Shown here piece after piece: positions 1 to 10,062 of a DNA stretch of 64,000 nucleotides. The first letter of the stretch is position 1. Every line of letters begins with the position of its first letter. The notes under the pieces are model-generated. The model searched no databases, was not told the origin of the DNA, and saw only the letters and a list, made by a program, of their open reading frames with translations. The stretch lies in the sequence record NC_129898.1. One strand, written 5' to 3'. This DNA is from a phage. The position numbers were made by a program, and so were the translations under genes.

Positions 1-1
1 C

Positions 2-505
2 TTTAGAGGCACCATAGATGCAACCGGAGGTACCTTCCGTGGTCGTGTAGAAGCTTCTGTTATCCGCGCTAACCAGTTCGAAGGTGCAATTGTTGCACAC
101 AGGACTTACGGGGATTGTGCTCCAGTATATAACTCCCAGCAAAGGGTTTGCCGTTGGAGGTGGAGATACGTAGATAACGTTTCAGGTCAGGGTAAGAACG
201 TAACATTCTTCTTTAAACTGAATGGTACTCTTGCCAGCTCCCAACTGAATGCATGGATAGCTGGTCATCAGATCCTTGCTGGCAAGAAGTATTTTAACGC
301 TGGCAAGAAGTATTTTAACGACAACAACGGCATGTGTGCGGTAGGGATAACAGGTCTGGGTGAACAAACTATAGACATTGTTATCGAGATTTACACACCG
401 TGGTCAACGTCGAGCGTGACAGGTGTCACAATCTCCTGTCCTACTGTGATAGTAAGTCGTTCAAACTCTAGCTTCCAGGGACCTTGGAACGAGTCTCACG
501 ACTAA
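2..505 (+). CDS. hypothetical protein, C-terminal fragment (5' end lies outside the window)
   Basis: Frame is open from the window edge to TAA at 503-505 and is not in the ORF track because it has no in-window start; followed directly by a terminator hairpin. Confidence 0.45.
   Translation, partial: FRGTIDATGGTFRGRVEASVIRANQFEGAIVAHRTYGDCAPVYNSQQRVCRWRWRYVDNVSGQGKNVTFFFKLNGTLASSQLNAWIAGHQILAGKKYFNAGKKYFNDNNGMCAVGITGLGEQTIDIVIEIYTPWSTSSVTGVTISCPTVIVSRSNSSFQGPWNESHD
278..319 (+). repeat. perfect 21-bp tandem duplication (gctggcaagaagtattttaac x2), in frame
   Basis: Two identical adjacent 21-nt units inside the partial CDS, encoding AGKKYFN twice. Confidence 0.9.
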
Positions 506-512
506 CCTTTAA

Positions 513-540
513 AGCCCCGCTTCGGCGGGGTTTATTTTTA
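513..540 (+). terminator. rho-independent terminator
   Basis: Hairpin gccccgc-ttcg-gcggggt followed by a T-tract; the same hairpin recurs at 26691. Confidence 0.7.
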
Positions 541-548
541 TGCTCAGA

Positions 549-577
549 TTGACTATTGTTACAAAATTTGGTAAAAT
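549..577 (+). promoter_or_regulatory. sigma70-like promoter (TTGACT-17-TAAAAT)
   Basis: Near-consensus -35 and -10 hexamers with 17-nt spacer, followed by RBS GGAGGA and GTG at 611. Confidence 0.6.
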
Positions 578-610
578 ACCTTGTAGAGATTTTCATACCG
601 GAGGAGTGAC

Positions 611-2101
611 GTGGCTAAGTATGGATTGACAGAGGCTGGTTTCGTTATACCAACCCTAAATGACCTAATCGTTGAAACTAAGCAAAGCCTGATCCGTGCT
701 TTTGGCGAAAACTTCAACGTACAAAGTAACTCCGTTGCAGATAAGCTGACCACTATCTTCAACGAGCGAGAGTATCAACTTATTCTTATGGCAGCATCTG
801 TATACGCATCGCAGACGCTGTATGGGGCAGAAGGTATTTACCTTGATGAACTTCTTGGGAGGCAAGGTATTTACCGGAGAGGCCGTTCTAAATCATCAGG
901 TACTTGCCAGTTGACAATTAACACAACTGTCCCGTACAATATGATTTATGATTCCAAAACCTACACGCTGGATAGTGGCAACTTTGTTCTTAGCAGTGAC
1001 GTGCAGGTGGCTGGAAACCTTATTGCTCACAGAATAAACGCTCCAGATCTAAGAATTGGTAAATACAACTTTCAAATTACCAACCAGACGGATGGAAGTA
1101 TCAAAACAAAAAGTCTGGTTTTAACCGATAAGTCTCTGGACTCTTCTGATTTACCAAGCTTTTACGGCGAGATTAAGCAATTCATTGTAGATAATACAAC
1201 CTTGTTGAACGACGATCTAATTCAGATAGATATGTTGACAGGAACGTTGTGGATAGGATACAATTCGAATCTTGATCAAGTTGGGCTTAATAGCAGAGTA
1301 GATTTCAGAGTATCCCCGATTGTAGGTGAAAGAACTATCACCCTGGATGTTATCGCTAACGAGGCAGGTGAGCTGTCAAGAGAGGCAGAAACTGTAACAA
1401 CAATGTCGCCTACTCCAAGCGGATTTATCAAACTTACCAACCGAGAAAGATTCAATGATGGCAGGGATGTTGAGAAGGACTCAGAGTACCGCCTAAGAGC
1501 TTCCAGCACTAAGCAGTTGACATCTAAAGCTACCCGCCCTGCAATCCTTAGCGCTGTGAGCGAAGTGAAAGGTGTTGAGAAAGTAAGAGTGTTCTCTAAC
1601 AACACCGATAAAACGGATGCGAAAGGTATACCACCTTATAAGTTTCAAGTGGTGGTGTTTGGTGGTGCAACAGAGGATATTTGTCAAGCGCTGTATCAAA
1701 CCATAGCTTGCACAAACAGAACTTATGGGAATATCTTCTACGATATTACCACATCAGACGGTCAGACTGAAAGGATTTATTATTCTAAGGCAAACACTTA
1801 CCGCCTGGATATGAGAATTACTTACTCGGGTGCTGCACTTTCCACTACCGAAAAAGATGCCATTACAGAGGCTCTTTTGCAGGTTGTTAACGGCTTGGAT
1901 GTTGCCGACACGTTGTATAATATCCAATTAGTTGGCGCTGCATCGGCTGCTGTGTCAATAGGCAGATTTAACAGACTTGTAATTCAAGTTAAACCTGTTG
2001 GAGCCTCTGACGAAGCTTACACTACAAACGATATTGTTGCAAACATGACCGAGGTGTTTGACCTCGACGAAAGTAATATAACTTTCCAACAAACTATTTA
2101 A
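611..2101 (+). CDS. hypothetical protein, putative virion structural protein (tail/baseplate module)
   Basis: 496-aa ORF with GTG start and RBS GGAGGA; first gene of the tail-fibre-containing operon; no motif recognised. Confidence 0.6.
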   Translation: MAKYGLTEAGFVIPTLNDLIVETKQSLIRAFGENFNVQSNSVADKLTTIFNEREYQLILMAASVYASQTLYGAEGIYLDELLGRQGIYRRGRSKSSGTCQLTINTTVPYNMIYDSKTYTLDSGNFVLSSDVQVAGNLIAHRINAPDLRIGKYNFQITNQTDGSIKTKSLVLTDKSLDSSDLPSFYGEIKQFIVDNTTLLNDDLIQIDMLTGTLWIGYNSNLDQVGLNSRVDFRVSPIVGERTITLDVIANEAGELSREAETVTTMSPTPSGFIKLTNRERFNDGRDVEKDSEYRLRASSTKQLTSKATRPAILSAVSEVKGVEKVRVFSNNTDKTDAKGIPPYKFQVVVFGGATEDICQALYQTIACTNRTYGNIFYDITTSDGQTERIYYSKANTYRLDMRITYSGAALSTTEKDAITEALLQVVNGLDVADTLYNIQLVGAASAAVSIGRFNRLVIQVKPVGASDEAYTTNDIVANMTEVFDLDESNITFQQTI

Positions 2102-2112
2102 GGCGGCGAGAT

Positions 2113-2799
2113 ATGGCAGAGATTAAGTCGGATGTCAACCACATCCACACTCTGCCAGATTTTGTTCAGGGAGGTCTTGACTACCTACCTGGAGATTTTC
2201 TGGCTGAGAAGGTTAATTTAGTCACATTCTTAACCGTGTACCTTAAAAGGTTGGAGAATGTTGATAAGATGCTGGTAGGTTTGGCTGAAGGAAGACTGCT
2301 TAACAATGCCAGCGGAAGATACCTTGACGAAGTTGGTAATCAACTTGGTATTCTTAGGAATGGGCTTTCAGATGCAGATTTTCGTGCTACCTTGGTTATT
2401 CAGCAAGCAGCAGCATCAAGGGGTGGGACTCGCGAAGATGTCATCTCCACCTTGCGACAATTGTTCGGAAGAGACAATTTCGATACGTGGAAAGGGGACA
2501 ACTTCAGGTTTGACATAAACATTAGAAAAACCTGCTTTGACATACTGCAGTCTATCGACCAGATCTTAGATATGCTGCCATTGCCTTGTCATTTGCGTCT
2601 TACAGAGTCGCAAGGGCAAGCTTTTGGTTTTGAAGGGGACTCTACAGCTCTCGGCTTCGGGTCGGTGTGGGAAGAAAACCAGTTCGGTGTTGGAGGGTTG
2701 GCTACTTTGCTATATGTTCCTGACGTAAGACCTGATTGGGACACCACAACTATTTATTGTGAAAGTATTACAGTAAACGCAACTAGACAGGAGGGTTAA
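2113..2799 (+). CDS. hypothetical protein, putative structural
   Basis: 228-aa ORF tightly packed in the structural operon; stop overlaps the next start (TAATG). Confidence 0.6.
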   Translation: MAEIKSDVNHIHTLPDFVQGGLDYLPGDFLAEKVNLVTFLTVYLKRLENVDKMLVGLAEGRLLNNASGRYLDEVGNQLGILRNGLSDADFRATLVIQQAAASRGGTREDVISTLRQLFGRDNFDTWKGDNFRFDINIRKTCFDILQSIDQILDMLPLPCHLRLTESQGQAFGFEGDSTALGFGSVWEENQFGVGGLATLLYVPDVRPDWDTTTIYCESITVNATRQEG

Positions 2800-4871
2800 T
2801 GGCAACAGCTGTTTTTAAACCTTACCGTGATTACTCTACAATGGCTGCACGGTTTCATTACCGCACAGTTCAGGATACTGCAGTTCCAGGTAGGGATTAT
2901 GATCATGTTGAGGGCGATGTAACTATCCCGGTTGGGGCAACCAGTATTGAGATCCCTGTAGAAATTGTTGACAAATTGCCAAACAGGTTGCCAAGAAGCT
3001 TCTTTATGGAGTTTTCATCAAACTCCCAAGGGGTTATGATTGGAACACAAAGAGCAAAATGTACAATAGTTTCAGATGAGAATCTTGACAGAATATCTTG
3101 GGATACCGTTGAGGAGAGAATGTTTCACCCAAGATATTGGGTTACAACCACACAGCAGACTGAAAGCACCTGTATTGTTGCGGATAATAACTGCTGTATT
3201 AACCGTTTAGTGTCAAGAACATATGGAGGCATGGCTGGGTGCATTTGGGAAACAGTTGACAAGTATGACCATTTCGGCATTGGATTTGATGATCACTATG
3301 AGATGAGAAACACCAAGCTTTGGTTCAGAATGTCAATAACTAATGCCAGCAACTTCTCCACCCCTGAAAAGATGATTATGACTGTAGACCTTGTTGATGG
3401 TACAATCATCTATGTTCCTTTAGCTCAATATGCTGTCAGCATCTCAGAGGATAAGAATGTTGCAGAAATTCATATTGATTTCGAGGACTGCGTCGGGATG
3501 GACCAGAACAACAACATGATGGGTGTTGATCCTCGACAGGTGAGAAGGATTCTAATACCACTTATGCCTAAAGATTGGGTAAGTAATAGCACAGACCCAA
3601 GAACGGAAAATGTAGAGTGTGAGTTGCGTCTAGATCTGCTTCAGCCAGACACAGGCTGGAAAATGATGCAACTTAACAATATCCAGGTGAAAGAGCACGA
3701 CGTTGGGATCTGCACAGCATATGACGATATGTGGAACGTATCTCCTTTAAGGGTGTTGAGCAATATCAAGCGTCTGGGCTATACCGGAACCATAAACCAT
3801 TATGTTGGTATGAGCCATTATTATGATTACACATGGTCCGGAACCCAATGGTCTATAAACAGGACAGGGGCTCTAAACGCTGCAGCTTATAAATGGCACG
3901 ATGACTTTATGTATAATGCCAAGCGACATGACTTCGACGTTATGCAGTCTGTAAGCTTTGAGCTTTATAGCGATGCCTGTCCGTTAGAGTGGACCCAGAG
4001 AGATTGGAACGATAACTATGCTAAAACAGGCTATACGCCTTGTAGTTACCTCTTGTCTCCAACCATTGAAGAGGGTATGAATTTCCTTACTGCAGTATTT
4101 AAGAATTTTGCATCAGCCGCTATGAGAAACAACCTGCCAGTAATTATGCAGATTGGTGAACCGTGGTGGTGGTTCAATACCGATACTCGTAAGCCTTGTA
4201 TTTATGACTACCCTACAAAACAGGCGTTTTATGATGAGACTGGTGAATATGCACTAGACATTGGGACTGTTGACGATCCTAAAACTGGCGGTGTTTATGA
4301 CAAGTATGTAGCATTTTGTCGTGGTAAGCTTGGAGCTCGTATTGCAGCTATTTCAAAGGCAATAAAAGCACACGCTGCATCGGCTCAGATGACAGCTTTG
4401 CTGTTTTTTCCGACCATTATGGAAACCGAGCTTACGCAAAAGCTGAACCTTGCTGACCAATATAAAAAGGAAGCAGGTGCTCTTGATTTCTTCTGCACTG
4501 AGTGCTACGATTGGGTGATGCAGGGTGGTATTGAAAAGGCAAAAGAGTCTGTAAACATACCTATCGTTAAGTTAGGTTGGCAACCGTCTGAAATACAATA
4601 CCTTGCAGGGTTCGTTCCTAGCAAAGAGCTTGCTCCGGTATATGGCTACGACCCAACCAGGAATTACCAAGAATTTTTATGGAGATGCATCTGCGGAAAC
4701 ATGGCAACCATAGAGTATAGATACCCTGAGGTAAAACAGTATGTGTGGGCATACCCGCAAGTAATGTCTGACAGCATCACTGTTACCGCTAGGGATTCTA
4801 CCGTGCTTCATATGGGGCAGGTTGCTCTGAAAGGGTATGTAGAAGATGTTGTCCCGCCAGACTTCTCATAA
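2799..4871 (+). CDS. hypothetical protein, putative tail/baseplate structural protein
   Basis: 690-aa ORF translationally coupled to the upstream gene; lies just upstream of the tail-fibre genes. Confidence 0.6.
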   Translation: MATAVFKPYRDYSTMAARFHYRTVQDTAVPGRDYDHVEGDVTIPVGATSIEIPVEIVDKLPNRLPRSFFMEFSSNSQGVMIGTQRAKCTIVSDENLDRISWDTVEERMFHPRYWVTTTQQTESTCIVADNNCCINRLVSRTYGGMAGCIWETVDKYDHFGIGFDDHYEMRNTKLWFRMSITNASNFSTPEKMIMTVDLVDGTIIYVPLAQYAVSISEDKNVAEIHIDFEDCVGMDQNNNMMGVDPRQVRRILIPLMPKDWVSNSTDPRTENVECELRLDLLQPDTGWKMMQLNNIQVKEHDVGICTAYDDMWNVSPLRVLSNIKRLGYTGTINHYVGMSHYYDYTWSGTQWSINRTGALNAAAYKWHDDFMYNAKRHDFDVMQSVSFELYSDACPLEWTQRDWNDNYAKTGYTPCSYLLSPTIEEGMNFLTAVFKNFASAAMRNNLPVIMQIGEPWWWFNTDTRKPCIYDYPTKQAFYDETGEYALDIGTVDDPKTGGVYDKYVAFCRGKLGARIAAISKAIKAHAASAQMTALLFFPTIMETELTQKLNLADQYKKEAGALDFFCTECYDWVMQGGIEKAKESVNIPIVKLGWQPSEIQYLAGFVPSKELAPVYGYDPTRNYQEFLWRCICGNMATIEYRYPEVKQYVWAYPQVMSDSITVTARDSTVLHMGQVALKGYVEDVVPPDFS

Positions 4872-4883
4872 TCAGGAGATAAA

Positions 4884-5924
4884 ATGTCAAAACCTAGTTT
4901 TCCATTAGAGATTTGGGCAGAGGAGGATCAGGTTCTGCCTAACACCCACAGACAGAACAGGCTACGCCCGATTGATGATTTGTGGAGAAAAGGTTGGGAT
5001 CTTGGTCAAAAGCCATCCTGTGAAGAACTTAACTATATTTTCAATATGCTCGGGACTTGGGCAAAATACATTGCTGACGAGCAGATCCCCGCTCAAGAAG
5101 GCCGTTATCTGGTACGTGATAATAACCTGAGTGATCTTTTGAACATCCCTGTTGCCCGTAGAAACCTTGGGATTATTACTAAGGAAGAGGCAGACGCCAG
5201 GTATGTAAAAGTTACAGGTGATACAATGACAGGCCCATTGGGTTTGCAACGTATCAACTTTAAAGCTGCCGAGACAGATAAGGCTTGGATAGAGACAACT
5301 ATCGGCCCAGATAAGACAACCCTTGACTTTGGGTTAAGTGATAATATTGGGGCGTTCGATGATGGTGGCACATCTACAGTAGATGCGTTCCGTTGGAGAT
5401 TCCAGCCAACTCAGCCGAACATTAACCCAGAGTTCACTCTGATGTACCTGAACGCGATCACGGCTAATCGTGCGTTGTTGAAAGTGGTGGGCAATGTTGA
5501 AGTTGTTGATAACATGCGATGTAATAACCTCACCATTAGCAGCGCAGCAACATTCACCAACTGCAATGTAGCTAGTCAGTTGACGGCTGGGTCAGTATAT
5601 GTCAATGGCGGTGCAAGTTGTGACAGTATGGTTGTAAGAAGCCAGCATTGTGTTGTCGGTAACAGAAATGTGGTGCGCTCTGTGAATGGAGTGACGGCTA
5701 ACGGCAACGGAGATGTAACGATCACCATCCCGCAGACAGGTGTACAGGATATCAGAATCGGCGCAAGACTTGTTGATGGTGTTTCTGAATCTCCAGTTCG
5801 CAACGGCTACGTTGTCACAGGTTGGCATTTTGGTGATAAAAAAGAGATGCGTGGCTCAACCTACTGGGCAGGGCCTTTACAGAAACTTGTAAATGGTCAA
5901 TGGATCACTGTTAATTATGCGTAG
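4884..5924 (+). CDS. tail fibre protein (paralog A)
   Basis: 346 aa; contains the tail-fibre motif ARRNLGI...YVKVTGDTMTGPLGL; followed by a tail fibre assembly gene; N and C termini shared with the ORF at 6940. Confidence 0.75.
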   Translation: MSKPSFPLEIWAEEDQVLPNTHRQNRLRPIDDLWRKGWDLGQKPSCEELNYIFNMLGTWAKYIADEQIPAQEGRYLVRDNNLSDLLNIPVARRNLGIITKEEADARYVKVTGDTMTGPLGLQRINFKAAETDKAWIETTIGPDKTTLDFGLSDNIGAFDDGGTSTVDAFRWRFQPTQPNINPEFTLMYLNAITANRALLKVVGNVEVVDNMRCNNLTISSAATFTNCNVASQLTAGSVYVNGGASCDSMVVRSQHCVVGNRNVVRSVNGVTANGNGDVTITIPQTGVQDIRIGARLVDGVSESPVRNGYVVTGWHFGDKKEMRGSTYWAGPLQKLVNGQWITVNYA

Positions 5925-5938
5925 GTCGGAGGACTAGC

Positions 5939-6523
5939 ATGAAAATACTTCAAGAGTTTAAGCTTTACCAGCCGGGATCTGGCGAATACCACACCAACAA
6001 AGGTACCAAGGAGCTGACTCCTCAGGAGGTTGAGGATTACACGGCATACACTGGATATTTTTTACGTAATGATGATGGCGATTGGTATGTGCAATCACGA
6101 ACACTGCGACAAGAAAATCCAGGCTGTATCTTCCTACTTGTTGACGAGAAGGGTATTCTTAAGACATCTACAGAAGAACCTGATGCCTTGTGGCCTGCTC
6201 CAGGTCTTCGTGTGGTTATCGCCAAAAAAGAAGAGGTACCAGAAAACATTATGCTCCACCACGACGCTTTGCGTTTAGTTGGTGATGAATTTGTCACAGA
6301 CAATGAATTCTTTGTTCAACAGGCAGAGGGTGTCATAGAGACAGAACTTGCTTGGGCTACTGCTAGAATTGGTGCCTATCAAGACATGATTGACCTTGAA
6401 TACGATCTTACTGATGACCAAAAACGCAACATCAGAGATTTGAAAATGTACAGGGTAAAACTTCTTGAAATAGATACATCTAAAGCCCCTGACATTTTCT
6501 TCCCGGAACGACCTACCCTCTAA
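5939..6523 (+). CDS. tail fibre assembly chaperone (Caudo_TAP/Tfa-like)
   Basis: C-terminal motif KMYRVKLLEIDTSKAPDIFFPERP resembles the conserved Tfa C-terminus (WKKYRV..NRVDTS.APDI.WP); sits immediately 3' of a tail-fibre gene. Confidence 0.7.
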   Translation: MKILQEFKLYQPGSGEYHTNKGTKELTPQEVEDYTAYTGYFLRNDDGDWYVQSRTLRQENPGCIFLLVDEKGILKTSTEEPDALWPAPGLRVVIAKKEEVPENIMLHHDALRLVGDEFVTDNEFFVQQAEGVIETELAWATARIGAYQDMIDLEYDLTDDQKRNIRDLKMYRVKLLEIDTSKAPDIFFPERPTL

Positions 6524-6534
6524 GAGGAGGTGTT

Positions 6535-6849
6535 GTGGAGTTGGATTTGGCGGCATTGTACGGTATCTGCATGGGTACCGTTGTCCCGATCTGTGTATGG
6601 GCTTTCAACCAGTGGCACACCAAATGGAAAGGCATTTCCAAGAGGCTGGATGAGCTGGAGAAAGACCTCATTTTAGTGAAAAATAGCATGGTTACAAAAG
6701 ATAGACTTGATTCCATTATTGAGACCCGGTTAAGTAAGCTAGAGGCCGATATTAACGACCTTAAGCAAGATGTCAGGACAGATGTCTCCGGTATCAGAGC
6801 AGATGTGCAAAAGATTTTACACATGCTTGTAGAGCATAGTAAAAGGTAA
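6535..6849 (+). CDS. small membrane-anchored coiled-coil protein
   Basis: 104 aa, GTG start after RBS GAGGAGG; N-terminal hydrophobic segment then heptad-like charged region. Confidence 0.5.
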   Translation: MELDLAALYGICMGTVVPICVWAFNQWHTKWKGISKRLDELEKDLILVKNSMVTKDRLDSIIETRLSKLEADINDLKQDVRTDVSGIRADVQKILHMLVEHSKR

Positions 6850-6859
6850 ACAAAGGTCA

Positions 6860-6892
6860 GAACGGCAAGGATGCCGTTCTTGCATTTTGTTC
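6860..6892 (+). terminator. rho-independent terminator
   Basis: Hairpin gaacggca-agga-tgccgttc followed by a T-rich tail. Confidence 0.6.
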
Positions 6893-6908
6893 TCTAAAGT
6901 GTTAAAAT
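6880..6908 (+). promoter_or_regulatory. sigma70-like promoter (TTGCAT-17-TAAAAT)
   Basis: Hexamers with 17-nt spacer overlapping the terminator tail, upstream of the second tail-fibre gene. Confidence 0.45.
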
Positions 6909-6939
6909 AGTCCTTAAGGAATTTTCTCAGGAGAACGTG

Positions 6940-7983
6940 ATGACTAAACCAGTTATCCCTCTTGATATTTGGGCCAATCAGGATGTTGTGCTTGAAAATA
7001 CAGGAGAGTTGAACAAATCTCAACCGAACAAAGAAGAGAGATTGAAAGGTTGGGATATGACACAAAGGATAGCATGTGAAGTTGTTAACTTTGAACTCCA
7101 CATGCTCTCTGCGTGGCTAAAGCATTTAACAGAAGATGTTGTCCCAGGATGGGATAATAGATTCTTAATGGTCACTAATAATCTGGCAGACGTTCCAGAC
7201 AAAGCTGCTGCACGTCAAGTTCTCAATGTATACTCGCCTGAAGAAATGGATGACCTTTATGTTGACAAGGCTGGAGACACAATGATCCAGACTCAAACTT
7301 TAGGTCTTCAAAGAATCGAGTTTGCATCCGCGTCAACAGACAATGCGGCGATATACACCACCATAACTTCAGACAAGACGATGATGGATTTCTGGATTAT
7401 GGACAACATCGGTGGTGCTGACGGCACAGACCTTGATGATCCCTCTCACCAAATAGACGGTTTCCGTTGGAGATTTCAACCTTCCGGTGGGCAGCCTGTG
7501 TTTTCGGCTATGAAGCTCAATGCTATAACTGCCAACCGTGCAAGACTAGCTATCCAAGGAAATCTTGAATGCAATGATGCAAAAAGTTCCTCTGCAAATG
7601 CTAATGCGGTAACGATACCTAGAGCCACTGTTAATGGACAACAATCCTGCGGCAGCGCTCAAATAGGTGGAAGAGTAGATTGTAACGATAAAACCGCCAG
7701 GGGTCAATATGCAACAGTTGGTGGAAGAAACGTGGTCCGCAGGGTAAATGGCAGTAGCGCAGACAGTAGTGGTAACCTTACTATTCCTATGCCTAGTAGA
7801 GGTGTTGAAGATGTAAGGATAGCAAACCGTTTCAGAACCACCTACAGAGAATCAAGAGTATACCCTGGGCATGTAATGTGCTCCGGCAATTACGCCTATA
7901 AACACCCGTATCAGGGTGACTATTGGACTGGAGCTATTCAAAAATTTGTAAACGGTCAATGGATCACCATATCTTATGCTTAA
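6940..7983 (+). CDS. tail fibre protein (paralog B)
   Basis: ATG at 6940 follows RBS AGGAGA (the track starts at GTG 6937); N-terminus IPLDIWA and C-terminus KFVNGQWITISYA match paralog A; central region divergent. Confidence 0.7.
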   Translation: MTKPVIPLDIWANQDVVLENTGELNKSQPNKEERLKGWDMTQRIACEVVNFELHMLSAWLKHLTEDVVPGWDNRFLMVTNNLADVPDKAAARQVLNVYSPEEMDDLYVDKAGDTMIQTQTLGLQRIEFASASTDNAAIYTTITSDKTMMDFWIMDNIGGADGTDLDDPSHQIDGFRWRFQPSGGQPVFSAMKLNAITANRARLAIQGNLECNDAKSSSANANAVTIPRATVNGQQSCGSAQIGGRVDCNDKTARGQYATVGGRNVVRRVNGSSADSSGNLTIPMPSRGVEDVRIANRFRTTYRESRVYPGHVMCSGNYAYKHPYQGDYWTGAIQKFVNGQWITISYA

Positions 7984-7992
7984 AGAGGGTAA

Positions 7993-8259
7993 ATGAAATT
8001 AACTCAGTTTTTATGGGGACTGGTTGCAGCATCTGATGACCCTACAAAAGTGTCCCAATCTAAGCTATGGTCAAACATAGGCATGGCAGTGATGACTGGG
8101 GTGTTTATTCATATGGGGTACAATGATACGCTTCCTGAATGGTATGCGTGGATATACGCACCTTCGGTAGCCTGCCCCCAGCTTATTAGCAAATTCATCT
8201 CGCTCCGGTGGGGTTGCCAGCACCCTGACCACGTTAAAAACGAAGAGCAAAAAGCTTAA
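7993..8259 (+). CDS. hypothetical protein
   Basis: 88-aa ORF downstream of tail-fibre paralog B; hydrophobic stretch present. Confidence 0.45.
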   Translation: MKLTQFLWGLVAASDDPTKVSQSKLWSNIGMAVMTGVFIHMGYNDTLPEWYAWIYAPSVACPQLISKFISLRWGCQHPDHVKNEEQKA

Positions 8260-8268
8260 GGAGAAATC

Positions 8269-10014
8269 ATGGCGCAAGACATGACAAGCTTTGAGCAGGC
8301 GGTAGATCAAGTAATTGTTGATTCTGAACGTTTGCACCTGATTGTCAACGGTAACGCTGTGGATGAAGTTGTCGTAGAGGATGGTACCACTATCCCTACG
8401 GTACGAAAAGCCATGCTTGACACCCTTTATTTTAAAACGCCACCAATCCCTTGGGCGTATGGTGCATCCACAACAGTTTTTAACCAGCTGTATGAGTTTA
8501 AAGGAGACACAGGTCCCCAATGGTGGTACGCTCCAGCAGCATCAAAATCTAATCCGGTGAGGATGCCAGCAGATCCTTCACAATCTCCGAACTGGAGATT
8601 ATATACCGATTCTGCAGTAATGGCAAAATACTACGCAAAACTTAACAGCCCAAGATTCGAAGGTGACCCGAGAGTACCTACACCTCCAATGGACGATAAG
8701 TCCGAGTCTATAGCAAACACAGAATTTGTTGTTGACTATGTGGACAGCATATTTAAAGCCATGGAGGGGATGAAAGTTACTGTAGGGTCTTTGGTGGTAA
8801 AAGGTCTTACAGAACTTGCTAACACCATAGTTGGTGGCACCCTTACCATACACGGGCCTGTTAATGGAGCGGATTCTACTGCACGCTTCAGGAACCTAAT
8901 CCTTACTGCAAATACTTCTACACTAACTTTTGCGTGGAGCGATCCTAAGCATGCAGACTGGAGAAGCACAGAGCTGCAACCTCATGAAGTGGTCACCCAC
9001 AGAGTTATAGCTGACACTATAACTTCTGGGAAACCAGTGGCTAATAACAACGATGTGCATTTTGATGGTCTAGGTAATAACTTTTTTGACTACGTGTACA
9101 TTCGTGGTAATGCCATGAAGGCAGCAACCGAACCGACATTGCAGGTTGATGGGACCACCAGGGTTAAGAACCTTGAGGTGACAGGTACCGTTACAGGGAT
9201 AACCTACTCTGTAGATGGCACCATGATCTACCCTAGCTATATTGAAAGCACTGGAGATGCACTGATCAATGGAGATTTAGAGGTTGGCGGATCTATAGTC
9301 ATTCGTGGCACAGCATCCGTTCAGAACATATCTTTAAATACTCTGAGGGTGAATGAGCGTGCCACTTTTGAAGGAGAAGGGCTTACAGCCAACAAAGGTG
9401 CAATTACCGAGCTGACAACCACTACTCTAACTGCAACAACTGCAAACTCTGAAAACTGCAACGTTACCCGCAACTTGCAGGTAAATGGAGATGTTAGTTT
9501 AAACGCAGCAGGTACCGGAACCACTTATCTTCACAACCTTGAAATATCCGGCACGGTGACTGGGTGGCTGCCAGACTTCTCTAATGTTAACTTTGTCTGC
9601 AACGGCATTAACTCCAGTGGTAAGATAACCACCTCTCAAGAAATTGAGGCTGGTAAAACTATTACTGCCCCTACTTTCCACGCAGGGAAGGTAGATTTTG
9701 ATTTAGAGGAGGTTGACGCATCTAGTGGGACATGGACACCTAACGGGCAGGCCAGCATGTATGTTGTCCACGCGAAAGGGGATTTTACAATAGGTCAATG
9801 GCCTGGAACATCGGCTGAAGATAAACCTTACCCGTTTACTGCAATCATCTATGTCATTCAAGATGCTGTAGGCCACAACGTGACTTTGCACGATAAATAT
9901 GCCATACTGTCGGCTACCCCTGTCATTAACAACAAAGCCAACAGTGTTACCTTGCTACAATTGACATATTGTGGTGTTGGTGATATTGTGGATGTGGTTA
10001 TTGCACAACGTTAA
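8269..10014 (+). CDS. putative tail fibre / receptor-binding protein
   Basis: 581 aa, rich in Thr/Gly/Asn with repeated VTGTVTG-like segments typical of fibrous beta-structure proteins; in the fibre locus. Confidence 0.55.
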   Translation: MAQDMTSFEQAVDQVIVDSERLHLIVNGNAVDEVVVEDGTTIPTVRKAMLDTLYFKTPPIPWAYGASTTVFNQLYEFKGDTGPQWWYAPAASKSNPVRMPADPSQSPNWRLYTDSAVMAKYYAKLNSPRFEGDPRVPTPPMDDKSESIANTEFVVDYVDSIFKAMEGMKVTVGSLVVKGLTELANTIVGGTLTIHGPVNGADSTARFRNLILTANTSTLTFAWSDPKHADWRSTELQPHEVVTHRVIADTITSGKPVANNNDVHFDGLGNNFFDYVYIRGNAMKAATEPTLQVDGTTRVKNLEVTGTVTGITYSVDGTMIYPSYIESTGDALINGDLEVGGSIVIRGTASVQNISLNTLRVNERATFEGEGLTANKGAITELTTTTLTATTANSENCNVTRNLQVNGDVSLNAAGTGTTYLHNLEISGTVTGWLPDFSNVNFVCNGINSSGKITTSQEIEAGKTITAPTFHAGKVDFDLEEVDASSGTWTPNGQASMYVVHAKGDFTIGQWPGTSAEDKPYPFTAIIYVIQDAVGHNVTLHDKYAILSATPVINNKANSVTLLQLTYCGVGDIVDVVIAQR

Positions 10015-10023
10015 TATATCTGA

Positions 10024-10049
10024 CCGCTCCTGACGGGGCGGTTTTCTTA
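10024..10049 (+). terminator. rho-independent terminator
   Basis: Hairpin ccgctcc-tgac-ggggcgg followed by ttttcttat. Confidence 0.6.
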
Positions 10050-10062
10050 TCTGGAGAACACA

